From: the human T2T-CHM13v2.0 reference genome, Homo sapiens
Length of the DNA: 64,000 nucleotides
Assembly (NCBI RefSeq): GCF_009914755.1
Contig: NC_060925.1
Reading direction: 5' to 3' (one strand)
The notes under the pieces: generated by a model
Databases searched by the model: none
The model's input: the letters and a program-made list of their open reading frames with translations, nothing else
Told to the model about the DNA's origin: nothing
Shown here: in pieces, positions 40,701 to 58,358 of the stretch
Numbering within the stretch: position 1 is the stretch's first letter
Layout: each line of letters begins with the position of its first letter
Position numbers and translations under genes: made by a program

Positions 40701-43700
40701 CTAGGTTTTCCAATTTATTGGCATATAGCTGCTCATAGTAGTCTCTAATGATTCTTAGAATTTCTGTGGTATCAGTTGTAATCTCCCCTTTTTTGTGTTT
40801 TTATTTATTTAGGTTTTCTCTCTTTTGTTCTCAGTCTGGTTTACGGTTTATCATTTTATCTTTTCAAAAAACAACTTTTCATTTCATTCATATTTTGTAT
40901 TTTTTTGTTTCTATTTCATTAATTTCTGCTCCGATTTTTATTATTTCTTTTCTTCTACTAATTTTGGATTTGATTTGCTCTTGATTTTTTTAGTTCTTTA
41001 AGATGTACCTTTAGGTTGTTTATTTGAAGTTTTTTTTCTTTTGTGATGTAGGCACTTATTTATATAAACTTTCCTGTTAATACTGCTTTTGCTATATCCC
41101 ATAGGTTTTAGTATATTTTATTTCTATGTTCATTTCTTTCAGGGAATTTTTAAATTTCCTTCTTAATTTCTTTTTTGACCCACTGGTCATTCAGGAGCAT
41201 ATTGTTTAATTTCCATGTGTTTGTATAGTTTCCAGAATTCCTCTTGCTATTGATTTCTAGCTTTATTCCATTGTGGCCAGAGAAGTTACTTAATATAATT
41301 TTAATTTTCTTAAATTTGTTAAGACTTGTTTTGTGGCCTAACACATGATCTATCCTTCAGAATGATCCATGTACTGAGGAGAAGAATGTGTGTTCTGCAA
41401 CCATTGGATACAATGTTTTGTAAATATCTATTAGGTCCATTTGGTCTACAGTGCAGAGTAAGTCTGATATTTCTTTGTTGATTTTCTGTCTGGATGATCG
41501 GTCCAATGCTGAAAGTGGGGTATTGGATTCTCCAGCTATTAATTGTGTTGGAATATATCTCTCTCTTTAGCTCTAATAATATTTGCTTTATATACCTGGT
41601 ACTTCATTGTTGGATGCATATATATTTATAATTGTTATATCCTCTTATTGAATTGATCACTTTATCATTATATAATAAACTTCTTTGTCTTTTTTCAGTT
41701 TTTGTCTTGAAATCTGTTTTGTGTGATATAAGTTGAGCTACTCCTGTACATTTTTGTCTTTCATTTGCATAAAATATATTTTTCCATCTTTTTATTTTCA
41801 GTCTACGCCCGTCTTTATAGGTGAAGTGTGCTTCCTGCAGGTGAAAGATCATTGTGTCTTGTTTTTTTCTTTTTTTTAAATTCCATTCAGACACTCTATG
41901 TTTTTTGACTAGATGGTTTCTTCCATTTACATTCAACGTATTATTGATAAGTAAGGACTCACTACTGCCATTTTTGTTATTTGTTTCCTGGTTGTTTTGT
42001 GGTCACCTCTTCCTTTTTTCGTTCCTTCCTGTCTTCCTTTTAGTGAAGGTGATTTTCTCTATGTTTTAATGTTTTGCTTTTTATTTTATGTGTATCTGTT
42101 GTATATTTTTTGATTCAAGATTACCATGAGGCTTGCAAATAAGATTTTATAACCTATTGCTTTAAGCTGATGGCATCTTAACCTTGATTGTATAAACAAC
42201 GAACAAACCAGCAAAGAGAAAACTAATAAAAACTCTATACATTAACTTCATCCCCCTGCTTTTTAACTTTCTATTGCTTCTATTTACATTTTATTATACT
42301 GTCTTTACCTTGAAAAGTTGTTGTAGTTATTATTTTTGATAGGTTAATCATTTAGTCTTTCTACTCAAGATATGAGGAGTTTACACACCACAATAACAAT
42401 ATTATAATATTCTTTGTTTTTCTGTGTCATTACTATTACCAGTGAGTTTTTCACCTTCAGATGATTTCCTGTTGTTCATTAATGTTCTCTTTTGTTTCAG
42501 ATTGAAGAACTTCCTTTAGCATTTCTTGTAGAACTGCTCTGGTATTGACAAAATCCTTCAGCTTTTGTTTGTCTGGGAAAGTCTTTGTTTTGTTTCTCCT
42601 TCATGTTTAAAGGATATTTTCACTGGATAGATTCTAGGATAGAAGTTTTTTCCTTTAGCACTGTAAATATGTTATGCCTCTCTCTCCTGGCCTGTACAGT
42701 TTCTGCTGAGAAGTTTACAGTCAGATGTATTGGAGCTCTTTTGTATATTATTTGTTACTTTTCTCTTGTGGCTTTTAGGATCATTTCTTTTTCCTTGACC
42801 TTTGGGAGTTTGATTATTAAATGTCTTGAGATAGTCTTATTTGGGTTAAATCTGCTTGGTGTTCTATACTCTTCTTGTACTTGAATATTGATATCTTTCT
42901 CTAGGCTTAGGAAGTTCTCTGCTCTATCCCCTTAAATAAACTTTGTATCCTTATCTCTCTCTCTCTCTCTCTCTACTTCCTCTTTAAGGCCAATAATTCT
43001 TAGATTTGCCCTTCTGAGGCATTTTCTAGATCTTATAGGCATGCTTCATTCTTTTTTATTATTTTTCATTTTGCCTCCTCTAACTAGGTATTTTCAAATA
43101 GCCTGTCTTCAAGTGCACTAATTCTTTATTCCGCTTGATCAATTCTGCTGTTAAGGGACTTCAGTATGTCAATTGCATTTTTCAACTCCAGAATTTCTAC
43201 TTCATACTTTTTAATTATTTTAATCTCCTTGTTAAATTTTTCTGATGGGATTCTGAATTCCTTTTGCTGGGCTTCCTCAAAACAGCTATTTTGAATTTTC
43301 TGTCTGAAAAGTCACATATCTCTGTCTCTCTGGGATTGGCCACTGGTGCCTTATTTAGTTTGTTTGGTGAGGTCACATTTTCCTGGATGGTCCTGATGCT
43401 TGTAAATGTTCATCTGTGTCTGCACATTGAAGAGTTAGGAATTTATTGTAGTGTTTGCAAATCTGAGCTTATTTGTACCCATCCTTCTTGGGAGATTTTC
43501 AAGTTTTCAAAGGGTCTCACTCAGGTGTTGTGATATAAATCTTTGGTGACTGCAGCCATATCTGCATTAGGGGGCACCACAAGCCTAGTAATGCTGTGGC
43601 TCTTGCAGACTCATAGAGGTACTGCCTTGGTGGTCTTGGGTGAGATCCAGAACTCCTTGGGAATACGATGCAGAAATGTTGGTTCTCATCCTTTACTTTC

Positions 43701-45152
43701 TCTCAAACAAATGTAGTCTCTCTCTCTGTGCTGAGCTGCCTGGAGCTGGGGTAGGGGTAATACAAGCACTGCTGTGGCCACCAACACTGGAAGTGCACTG
43801 AATCAGACCCAAAGCCAAGAGAGCACTAAGTCTCACCTAAGGCCCACAGTGACCACTGCCTATCTATCATCAATGTTCACTCAAGGCCCAAGGGCTCTTC
43901 TGTTCGCTTGTGGTAAACGTTGCCAGGCCTGGGTCTCTCCTTTCAGAGCAGTGGGCGCCCCACTCCCCAGGGCAGGTCCAGAAATGCTGTCCAGGAGCCA
44001 ACGCCTGGAATTAGGGACCCCCAAGAGCTTAGTACTCTATCCCACTGTGACAATGCTGGCACCCAAGCTATAAGACAAAGTCCCCTTTACTCTTCCCTCT
44101 CCTTTCCTCAAGAAAAAGGAGTCCTTCCCCATAGCCACCACATCTGGGAATGTGCTAGGTCACATCTGAAGCCAGCCCAGCTCTGAGTCTCAACCAAGGT
44201 CCACAATGAGTATAACCTGGCTACCACTGCTGTTTATTGAGGACCTAAGGGCTTATCAGTCAGCAAGTGACAAGTTCTGCTGGGACTGGACCCTTCATTT
44301 CAAAGCAGCAGGTTCCCTTCTGGCTCAGGATGTGTCTAAAAATGACATCCAGGAGCAAGGTCCTAGAATGGGGGCCTCAGGACTCTCACAGGTGCCCTGT
44401 TCTACTGTGGTTTAGCTGGTATACAAGTTGCAAGACAAAAATCCTCTTTCCTCTCTCCTCTTCTCAAGCGGAATGAAGGAGTCTCTCCCAGAGCTGTGAG
44501 CTGCACCACCTGGGGTCAGGGGAGGGGTGAGGAAAGCACTCCCTTGGCCACCCATGCCGGTGTGTCACTAAGTCACATGTACTCTAAGTCCACTGGCTCC
44601 AAACCCAGCATGGAAACAAGACTTGCCCAGAAATTGCAGTCCTTTTGCTTTAGACTGCCTTTCAAGTTAATTTAGGACCCCAGGGTTCTTTAGCCCACAG
44701 TGGTGGGGCTTGCCAGAACTCAGGTTCCAACCTCTAGGATGGGCAATTCACCTCTCATTGAGGCTGGTCTAAATGCTTCCTTCATAGGCCCTGCTGAGTT
44801 CTGCTCCATGTTGCTTTCCATTGTGACAAGGCAGCACTGAGTTCCAATACAAAGTCCTACAATTACTGAATTTTCCCACCCCAAATCTCATAAATTTTCT
44901 CTCTATGCCATGCAGCTGCTGTCAGGGGGTGGGGAGGGGCAGCATAGGCAATTCAAGATTTTCTTTTCTATCTTCGTTAGTACCTCTTTCCTTAATATGA
45001 TGTTACAACCAGGTACTGTGACTGCCCACCTTACTTTTGATTCTTATGAAGGTACTTTTTTGTGTGGATAGTTGTTCAATTTGCTATTCTTTTTGAAGTT
45101 ATAATCACTGGAGGCTTCTATTCAGCCATTTAGCTCTGCTTCCTCCGGTCCC
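37760..45152 (-). mobile_element. Essentially full-length (~7.4 kb) L1MA-type LINE-1, ORFs disrupted
   Basis: L1MA 3' end at 37760; ORF2 remnants in the ORF track (40014-40247 RT-like, 41150-41344, 41604-41936 endonuclease N-terminus); GC-richer 5'UTR ~43300-45150 ending ttctattcagccatttagctctgcttcctcc. Confidence 0.9.
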
Positions 45153-45899
45153 AAATACGTTCCATCGCTACATCAGATATATTTTTTTCTCTTGAACTTA
45201 GATTTGAGTCCATCTCATGACTTTTATGTGCTATTTTGCTCTTTGAATAATTGAAATGCAATTATAATAGATGTTTAAATGTCCTTGTCTGCAATTCTAA
45301 TACCAGTGTCAGTTCCAAATGAGTTTTGATTGATTGAGTTTTCTTATTCAAAGTCATATTTTTCTGCCTCTTTTATGTCTGCTCATCTTTCAGCAATGCT
45401 AGATATTGTGATTTTACCTTTTTCAGTGCTAGACATTTTTATATTCCTATAAATATTCTCATACTTGGTTCTGCAATGCAGTTAATTTAGTTGAAATAAT
45501 TTAATTTTTTCAGATCTTTCTTTTAAGATCTGTTAGGTGGGAGAAGAGTGGCATTTTGTTGAGAGCTAATTATTTTCTACTACTAAGACCCCTCTAAAGG
45601 CTCTAACCAATGTTCCATGAAATGCAAAGTTTTCCAGTCTGGCTATTTCTAGCTTTTTCTGAGCACTGGGTACTATTCCTTCTATTCTCTTTGAAAAGTC
45701 CTTTCCCTGGCCTCAGATAGTTTCCTCACATGCATATGCTAATTAGTACTGTGGTGGGTAATCAAGGGGAATCCTCTGTAATTATCCCCGGCTCTGCCTC
45801 TCTCTTTACAGCACTTTTCTTTGCACAGCTCTCTTGTCTGAATTACTTTCTCCTGCAAACTACCCACCTTAGTCTTCCTAGACTCTCAGCTCCATTTCA

Positions 45900-46260
45900 G
45901 CAAGGAGGCCAGAGTATCTGGATAAAAACTGACTGGAGATGGAAGAGAAAGAATAAGGAAGGGATAGGGAGAAGACCATGTAGGACATTGGAAGCCATTA
46001 TAAGATTTTAACATTGAGTGGTATAAAAAGCTCTTAGCAAGTATTGAGAAGAGTAACTTCATCTGCCTTGAGATATGGTTTGACAAAAAGACTGAAGGGA
46101 ATCAGAATTATATTCAGGGAGACCAACTGGGAACTGTTGGTAAGAGGTAATGGCGGCTCAGACAAAAATGGCATCAGTGAGGGTAGTGAGAAGCAGTCTA
46201 ATTCTGGGTTTATTCTGAAGGTTGAGCTAACAGTATTGGCTGATGAATTTGATGTCAATG
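45900..46260 (-). mobile_element. L2 LINE fragment
   Basis: ggaagccattataagattttaac...gagaagcagtctaattctgggtttattctgaaggttgagctaacag. Confidence 0.75.
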
Positions 46261-48054
46261 ATTTGCATGTTCAACGTAGAGTTTCACCTTGAGAGATACT
46301 GAAACCCATTCTTAACATGAACGTCGTGGCCATGCTTAACATGAAGAGCTATGAGTGAGTTATAAGGTTAGAAACACATCTTTCCAGAAAAATAAAAAAT
46401 TGAAATCACAATTTAGAAAGTCCTTATGTATTCTTTTCTAATAGCTAAAGATATAGAGAGCCCAAGGTTTAACAATATCAATCTTTACAGGATTCCTGTA
46501 AAGGATTCAAATTTAATCTCAATAATAAGGTATCATTTTACCTAAAGCATAATACAGTAATTGAAATGCTAAATACAATTTTTTGTTGTTGTTTAGGGTG
46601 GGAGTGATTAAAAAAAACCTCAAAATTTGGCTTACACACCTATTCCTTTATCCTCCTTAACATGGCTATCACAGATCTTCAATTTTATAAAATCCCTGCT
46701 CCTTCTGGTGAAGGTGTCCCTTGGCTCTTATACCAGCTTTGCTATAAAATCAAGTCCATGTGTGGGAGGTCCAAATTCCATGCTACAGCTCTCCCTGAAT
46801 CCTGAAAATGAACGAGCAATGCAATCCTTTCACTCCAGCTTCAGCTCACTTTCAATTTCTTGCAGCTGTTCCATTTGTAGGCAGTTTGGAAACCAAATAT
46901 GCCTTAGCTAGGAGTGGAGGGTGAGATTCCTGCCTTTTTCCTTCCTGAATATGTACCTTATCTTTGTCTCAATTTTGAGGAAATCAAATATCATTAGATT
47001 TCCAAAAATATTTATCTTGGAGCTTTGGGAGAATTCCTAGTTAGTGAGAAAGTGCTATTTCGAAGAAGGCAGGGAATAAATCTCCTGATGATGTAGACAT
47101 CCCAAGCAATTGCATTACTCTAGTTGCCAAAGGCAGACCCAGACCTTCCATGGCCTCCCTGTTTAGTTGGGGGCCTTTGGGAGAAGATCTTACTTGGCAG
47201 AATTCCAAGAGGAAGCCAATTAAAGTTCAGCGGGAGCATTAATGCCCTAATTTCAATAACCAATCAAATCAACACTCAATAGCCACACGAGAAGAGCTGG
47301 AGAAGTGCTGAATTAATATTTATTCCCATGAAATACATAAAGATGTTCTCACTCTTGAAGGAAAATTTGAAACCTGATCGATAGATGTGGGGGCCCAAAC
47401 TTTTAGCTTAATTCCCCTACCACTACCCTGTGCTTGGTGGCTACCCAGAGAATAAGCAATTATGAGGTAGTTGGGACGGGAAACATCCAAACTCCAGTCT
47501 GCAGCTCCTACACTGAAAATATCAAATGAGACTTCTCAGACCTAGAGAGGTGTTGAGATATTTTTCTATTTTCTTCTCCTTTGTCTGCTTATACTGCAGT
47601 GGGCTTTTTTCTGAATTTGCTGTTACGAGTAATTTAATGGCCTTTCCACCTATGACAGATTTTGGAAGCAAAATCCACAGGCCATATATAACACCAACCC
47701 TGGTTGCTACAGCCTGAAACTGAGCAATATGAATTGTTAAGTATTGGAGCTCTAAGTGTTTAGTTATGGTTAATTTATAACTAAACACACTAGTATTTAG
47801 TGGAACAAAAAGGTCATTAGTATCTTACTAGGAAGCAATTAAATTAACAGCTCAAAACCATTCATCAAATCACAAAACAGATGCTGAACTTTTCTATAGG
47901 AAATCAGATTCTACAATGCAGGAAAAAAACTAAATTCAAAACATAGCAAAACACATCCACCTCCCTCCCTCAGCTTCTTTCAAAACAAAAATCCACCTCT
48001 TTCATCTGCATCCAGAGTCCCAGAGTTCTTTACATTTTAGAGAGAGGCCCAGTC

Positions 48055-49323
48055 TGAGAAGAAAAAACTCACACACAAATTCAAAGTGCTTTATCTATTT
48101 TCTCTCTCAGCAACAATTAACACAGAAAATTTCTGTGACCACATGTGTGTATGCGTATCGGGGCAATATTCCCTACCACCAAGCAAGCAATCAATTTTGC
48201 AGCAGCTACCAAATGGGTGTCTTCCAATTCAATTCTGACACTGTCTTCCTGGAAAAAGTATCAAGTCTCACAGATTGGAGGCTCAGTCCCCAAGACTGCT
48301 CTCCCATCCAGTGTCAATCACAAGCCCCATGTTATTTTGCCTGTGCTTCTGACTGACCAGCTATAAATTGGAGTTCCCACATCCCCCTCCTCAAGTTTGA
48401 TTAATTTGCTAGAGTGGCTCACAGAACTCAGGGAAGCACTGATGCTTACCAGTTTATTACAAACGATATTTCAAAGAATACAAATAAACAGCCAGATGAA
48501 GAGATATATGGGGAGAGGTCTGGAAGGGTCCTGAGTATAGCAGCCTCTGTTCCCATAGAGCTGGGTTGCTCCATCCTCCCAGTATATGGATGAGTTCTTG
48601 TTCACCTTCCTGCAAGCCTCCATGTGTTCAGCTATTTGGAAGCTCTCCAAAGCCATCCTTTTGGGTCTTTTTGTAGGCATGATTGATTAAACCATTGTCC
48701 ATTGGCAATTGACATGGTTTGGAGCTGTGTCCCCACCCAAATCTCATGGTCAATTGTAATCCCCAATGTTGGGGGTGATTGGATTATGGGGGCAGTTTCT
48801 CATGAATGGTTTAGCACCATCCTCTTGAGGCTATCCTTGAGATACTGAGTGAGTTCTCATGAGATTTAGTTGTTTAAAAGTATAGCACCTATGCCCTCTG
48901 TTGCTCCTGCTCCTGCCATGTGAGACACCTCACTTCCCCTTTGCCTTCTGCTGTGACTGGAAGCTTCTTGAGGCCTCACAAGAGGGAGAAGCTGCTATGC
49001 TTCCTGTACAGCCTGCAACCTCTTTTCTTTATAAATTACTCAATCTCAGGCATTTCTTTATAGCAATGCAAGAATGGCGTGATACAGTGATCAAGCTAAC
49101 CTTCAGTCCCTCTCCCCTTCCCAGAGTTGTGGGGTGTGGATGAAAGTCCCAACCCTCTAATACCTCTAATCATATCTTGATCTTTCTTGTGACCAGCTTC
49201 AGAATGAAGCTACCTAAGGGCTGCCATGCAAAAATACATCACTTTGGAGATTCTAAGGATTTTAAGAGTTGTATGCCAGAAAATGGGGTCAAAGACCAAA
49301 TATATATATTTCACAATATCACA
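48055..49323 (-). mobile_element. MER21-family LTR, interrupted by an MST LTR
   Basis: cacagaaaatttctgtgacc...caattctgacactgtcttcctgg...tatttcacaatatcaca terminus. Confidence 0.85.
48710..49086 (+). mobile_element. MSTA/B solo LTR
   Basis: tgacatggtttggagctgtgtccccacccaaatctc...atgcaagaatggcgtgataca; flanks gcaat/gtgat. Confidence 0.9.
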
Positions 49324-50256
49324 CCATACATCCTCTGAAACCTAGGCAGAGTTTCCCTAACTTCAATTCTTATCTTCTAAACACCCACAGGCCCAACAGA
49401 ACATGGAAGCTGCCAAGGCTTGGGGCTTGCACCCTCTGAAGCCATGGCCCAAGCTGTACCTTGGCCCCTGTTAGTCATAGCTGGAATTGGAGTGGCTGAG
49501 ATGCAGGGCACCATGTCCTGAGGCTACACAGAGCAGCAGGAGCCCTGATCCCAGCAGATGAAACCATTTATCCCTCCTAGGCCTCTGGGCCTGTGATGAG
49601 AGGGGCTGCCACTAAGGTCTCTGACATGCCCTAGAGACATTTTCCCCATTGCCCTGGCTATTAACATTCAGCTTCTCATTACTTATGCAAATTTCTGCAG
49701 CTGGCTTGAATGCCTCCCCAGATAATGGGGTTTTCTTTTCTACCACATGATCAGGCTGCAAATTTTCCAGACTTTTATGCTCTGCTTCCCTTTTAAACAT
49801 AAATTTGAATTTCAGACAATCTCTTTGTCAACAGCATATGACTGTATGCTTTTAGCAGAAGCCAGGTCACTTTCTGAATGCTTTACTGCTTAGAAATTTC
49901 TTCTGTCTTATATCCTAAGTCATCTCTCTCAAGTTCAAAGTTCCACAGATCTCTAGGGCAGGGCAAAATGCTGCCAGTCTCTTTGCTAAAGCATAGCAAG
50001 GATGAGCTTTACTCCAGTTCCCAATAAGTTCCTCATCTCCATTTGAGTCTAGACTTCATTGTCCATATCACTATCAGCATTTTGGTCAAAACCATTCAAC
50101 AAGTGTCTAAGAAATTCCAAACTTTCCAACATCTTCCTATCTTCTTTTGAGCCCTCCAAACCATTCCAAGCTCTGCCCATTACCCAGTTCCAAAGTCGAT
50201 TCCACATTTTCAGGTATCTTTATAGCAATGCCCCACTTTTTTTGGTACCAATATTC
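49324..50256 (-). mobile_element. THE1/MST internal sequence, 5' part only
   Basis: MaLR-int motifs (ggcttggggcttgcaccctctgaagcc; ttccacattttcaggtatctttatagcaatgccccac...ggtaccaat) abutting the LTR. Confidence 0.9.
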
Positions 50257-50627
50257 TGTATTAGTCCATTTTTACACTGCTATAAAGAATTACCTGAGAC
50301 TGGGTAATTTATAAATAGAAGAGGTTTAATTGACTCCCAGTTCTGTGTGGCTGGGGAGGCCTCAGGACACCTATAATCATGGCAGAAGGCAAAGGAGAAG
50401 CAAGCACCTTCTTCACAAGGAGGAAGGAGAGAAAGAGAGGGGCGGGGAAAATGCCACACTTTTAAGCCATCAGATTTCATGAGAACTCACTCACTCACTA
50501 TCATGAGAACAGCATGGGGGAAACCGCCCCCATGATCTAATCACCTCCCACTAGCTCCCTCCCTTGACATGCTGGGATTACAATTCAAGATAAGATTTGG
50601 GTGGGGACACAGAGCCAAACCATATCA
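50257..50627 (-). mobile_element. THE1D/MSTA-type 5' LTR
   Basis: tgtattagtccatttttacactgctataaag...acagagccaaaccatatca. Confidence 0.9.
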
Positions 50628-54710
<4,083 letters not shown>

Positions 54711-55089
54711 ATCAACAGAACAATTCCCAAGACTTACTCATAAGTCATCCTCCTCTTTCCCCTGCAACCCACCAACAGCATTTCCTCATGAAGAGTGTGC
54801 TGTTCTTTGGCAGACAATGTTTAAGTAGTAAGATTATTGTCAGACCATAAAACAGTATGTTCAAATTATGTGACATGAAATGCAATATTGCTGAGGTGGT
54901 ATTTGTGCCTCTCTAAAAATAACCTTCAAATTTAAATTACATTTGATAGAAAGTTTTAAAAATGTTTATTGAATATCTGCCATGTACTTGGAATGTAATA
55001 TGACTAATAATGTATACATTATTATACATTATTACATATTATGTATATGACTATTAATAGTATATGTTATTATAAAGACTAATAAAACA

Positions 55090-55280
55090 TATGGCATATT
55101 AAAATGGTCACAGGCTTTGGACCTAGAAAGACTGGATTCTGGTCTTGACATTGTCATTTATTAGTCAATTGTCTTTGGGAAATTAGTTTAATTCACCTAA
55201 GCCTCAGCAGCTTCATATGTTCAGTGAAAATTATACGTAACACATGGAGTTGTTTTAAAGATCAAATGGGAAAATGATAC
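55090..55280 (+). mobile_element. MIR SINE
   Basis: ggctttggacctagaaagactgg...gcctcag...ttgttttaaagatcaaatg. Confidence 0.7.
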
Positions 55281-55284
55281 ATCA

Positions 55285-55705
55285 GCAAGAATTGGAGAGC
55301 ACATTCAGATTAAGATAATTTGAGGAGAGTTGAACAAAAAGACTCTTCATAAAAGTGGGAGCAAGGTTTAAGGAGACCACACAGGGCAATGGAATACCCT
55401 GTGACCAGTATTAGTGGGCCTCCCTATAGGTGGTGGGCAGGGAGATGGAGGCAGTTACCAGAACTTTGGAGTACAGAGGACAATACGAAAACGGTAGCCT
55501 GACAGAAGCTAAGACTTTTTATGGATGTCACAGTGAGCTTATAGTGAGCCTTTCCTCCCTTTCTCAATCCTCTACCAGAGTTCCCCATGGCTGAACTCAA
55601 GGTCACCCACTGAAAGAACAAAAATGGCTTATTTCTCTAAGTGCAGAAAGCAGGACAGAGAAGGCTGGGAAAAGGATCTAGGAGGCAGAGTAGATGACAA
55701 CTACC
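55285..55705 (-). mobile_element. Old ERVL-type LTR (LTR33-like)
   Basis: cacattcagattaagataatttgaggagagttgaacaaaaagactcttcataaaagtgg. Confidence 0.5.
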
Positions 55706-56746
55706 CTAAATTGCTTAAATATCTAGGGTACATAACTGTATAAATGATCCTAATAATAATAAGTGTTTGCTACGTATGAACTTTGCTAAGCAGTATGTAT
55801 GCACTTTATCATTTAATCCTATAATAAAGATATAATTATTATGTCTAAACTATATATTACCTGAGGCAATGCACTATTAAATAACTTTGAAAAGCTAAAT
55901 CAAGTAGGAATTCACACCCAAATCTGACTCCAGAGTTTACACCTACTATGATGTACTATCTCCCACTTAATAGATAAATACTGATTAATTGATGCTGTTA
56001 AGATTTCCCATAGCTTTAATCTGTATTCTTAATCTCATGCAGCCACTGGCTTTCCTTGCAATTCATCTCAAGTTCATCAACTTCAGGTCTGGGCGGTCCT
56101 TCACTCTCCTGGATAAATAAAGCGACAATTAAATCAAACCAGTTATACTGAGAATCTCTTTAAAAATTCAGTATAAGAAGATAAGACTCAAGTTATTGTT
56201 ACAAGCATATTATTGCATCATGACTATCATATCCCCCACTTTGTTATTATCTCAACATGACAGTGGACAAGGAACCTAGTCCCTCAACTCGTTTCCTCAC
56301 AAGTAAATTGGCAAAACTGGGGAAGGAGGGCAAACTGGGTGAGAGGATCTTGACAGTCTCCACTGTACAATTACATAAATTTATTATGTTTTACAAGGTA
56401 TGAAATGCTCATGATGTATCTATATTCATTTAGTGATTTGTTGTAATGGGGCTTCCTCTCTCAATGTGTTCAGAGTAGAGTTCGACATTGATTAGATTAT
56501 GACTGATATTTTTTCTAGTATAACACTTTCACCAAGATAAACCTATCCCAATATTCATAGTACACATCAGAAATAAAGGAGAAACTCAAAGATGAAAAGG
56601 CAGTATATCAAATGAGAACAGTTAACTTTCACTGAGTATTTACTATATTCCAAACATTGTACTAAATATTGAGCAGGTTTTAAGTAATTTAGTAAATCAA
56701 TAATTAAGAGTTAGGAATGTCACCCCAATTTTTAATAACTGGCTAA

Positions 56747-57196
56747 CGTTGGGAGACAATTTTCCATGGATCTCTAGCATTTCTTCATGTCTTGTGAACA
56801 GTGGCACAATCGATTCTTATCTTTCCAAGTATGTTTTGTAATATTGGATGATAGAGATAGTGACTGTTCTGGAATAGAGGTCAGGTTTGCATACTACTCA
56901 TTATAAAATATTCAAATTCTTTAAGCTCAAAGTTCCTAAGCTGTGACACAGACTCGCTTTCTGTACATATAACATCAAGTTGGGCAATCCCACATCACTT
57001 CCATGAGACTGATGGATTGAGGGAGAGAACAAAGGGAACTGATACAAACTTGATGCTCATTCTGCTGGCTATGCTGTGAAAACAAAGTCCTTTGTTTCTG
57101 ATCCAAGAGTCTCATGTTTTCTGCCAGCATGCATGAAACTATGGCCAGTTAACTTAACTTGCAAGTAGGGTAAAAGACCCTCCACAATTATTGACA
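56747..57196 (+). mobile_element. LTR47-family solo LTR
   Basis: gttgggagacaattttccatggatctctagcatttc...cttgcaagtagggtaaaa...ttgaca. Confidence 0.8.
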
Positions 57197-57560
57197 GCGA
57201 TGTGACCTTGAACAATTCATTTTACTCCTGGTTATTTATTTTTGAATTTTAAAAAATTTTCCAAATGCACATTTCTTCAAGTGTCTATATATAAGCAATT
57301 GATAGAAACAAACAAATGAAGTTTGTATTTGTAATGAAAGCATGAGATGGGGGTACAGTAGGAATAGCAAATATGTATTGGACACCCATTCCGTACCAAG
57401 TCCTGGTCTAGGGGAGGAAGGAGATAGAAAATAAACAATTAACAAATGAACACTTAATATAAAATGAAGTAGTGATAAATGTCAAGAAGATAAAACAAGC
57501 AGAGACAGATAGAGTGGCAGGGGTTGCTGTTTTTGATAGGATTGTCAAGAAAGGACTCTT

Positions 57561-58358
57561 TTTTGGATTCCACATATGAGATTGTGCACTTCTATGGCCA
57601 TACCTCCCAAACACGCTTGATTTCATCTGAGATTACACAGTATTTGTCTTCTTGTGCCTGGCTTATTTCACTTTGCGTAATGTCTTCCAAATACATCCAT
57701 GTTATTGCAAATGACAGAGTTTTTCCCCTTTTAAAGACTGAATCATATTTAGTTGTGCACATATACCACATTTTCTGTATCCATCCATCTGAAGATGATG
57801 GACACCTAGGTTGCTTCCATATCTTTTGTAAATACTACTTTAATGAACACAGGTGTGCAGATATCTCTTCAGCATACCAATTTTATTTCCTTTGGATATA
57901 TACCCAGATGTGGGATTACTGGATTATATCATTTTTCTATTTTTAGTTTTCTAAGGAGCCTCCATATTGTTTTGCATAAGTGACTACATTAATTTACATT
58001 TCCACCATAAAAGTAGAACGTAGAATGATGGTTACCAGACTCTGGAGGAGAGGGTAAGATGGGGAAAGGGGAGATATTAATCAAAGGGTACAAAATTTCA
58101 GTTAGGCTAGAAATATGCTTTAATGATCAATTGCACAGAATGCTAACTATAATACATAATAACGCATTGTATACTTAAAAATTGCTAAAGAGTAGATTTT
58201 AAATGTTTTCATGAAATGATAAACATGTGAGGTGATAGATTGGTCAATTAGCCCATTTTAATCATTCCATATTGCAAATTATATCAAAACATCACATTGT
58301 ACCTCACAAATTATATAATTATTATTTGTCAATTAAAAAATTTAAATAAAATAAAGAA
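57561..58358 (+). mobile_element. 5'-inverted (twin-primed) L1MA 3' fragment inserted into an L2
   Basis: Antisense part ~57561-58007, sense part ~58008-58358 ending in an A-rich tail; TSD aagaaaggactctt (57547-57560) and aagaaagactctt (58359-58371). Confidence 0.8.
57590..57630 (+). pseudogene. Tailless 5S rRNA retropseudogene fragment (5S nt ~1-42)
   Basis: ttctatggccatacctcccaaacacgcttgatttcatctga versus 5S GTCTACGGCCATACCACCCTGAACGCGCCCGATCTCGTCTGA, 32/42 by eye with several CpG transitions; flanked by duplicated tgagatt..ca. Confidence 0.8.

Noticed and set aside
39928-41936. ORFs with RT- and endonuclease-like peptides (also 50569-53592)
   Set aside because: Frameshifted remnants of L1 ORF2, not functional CDS
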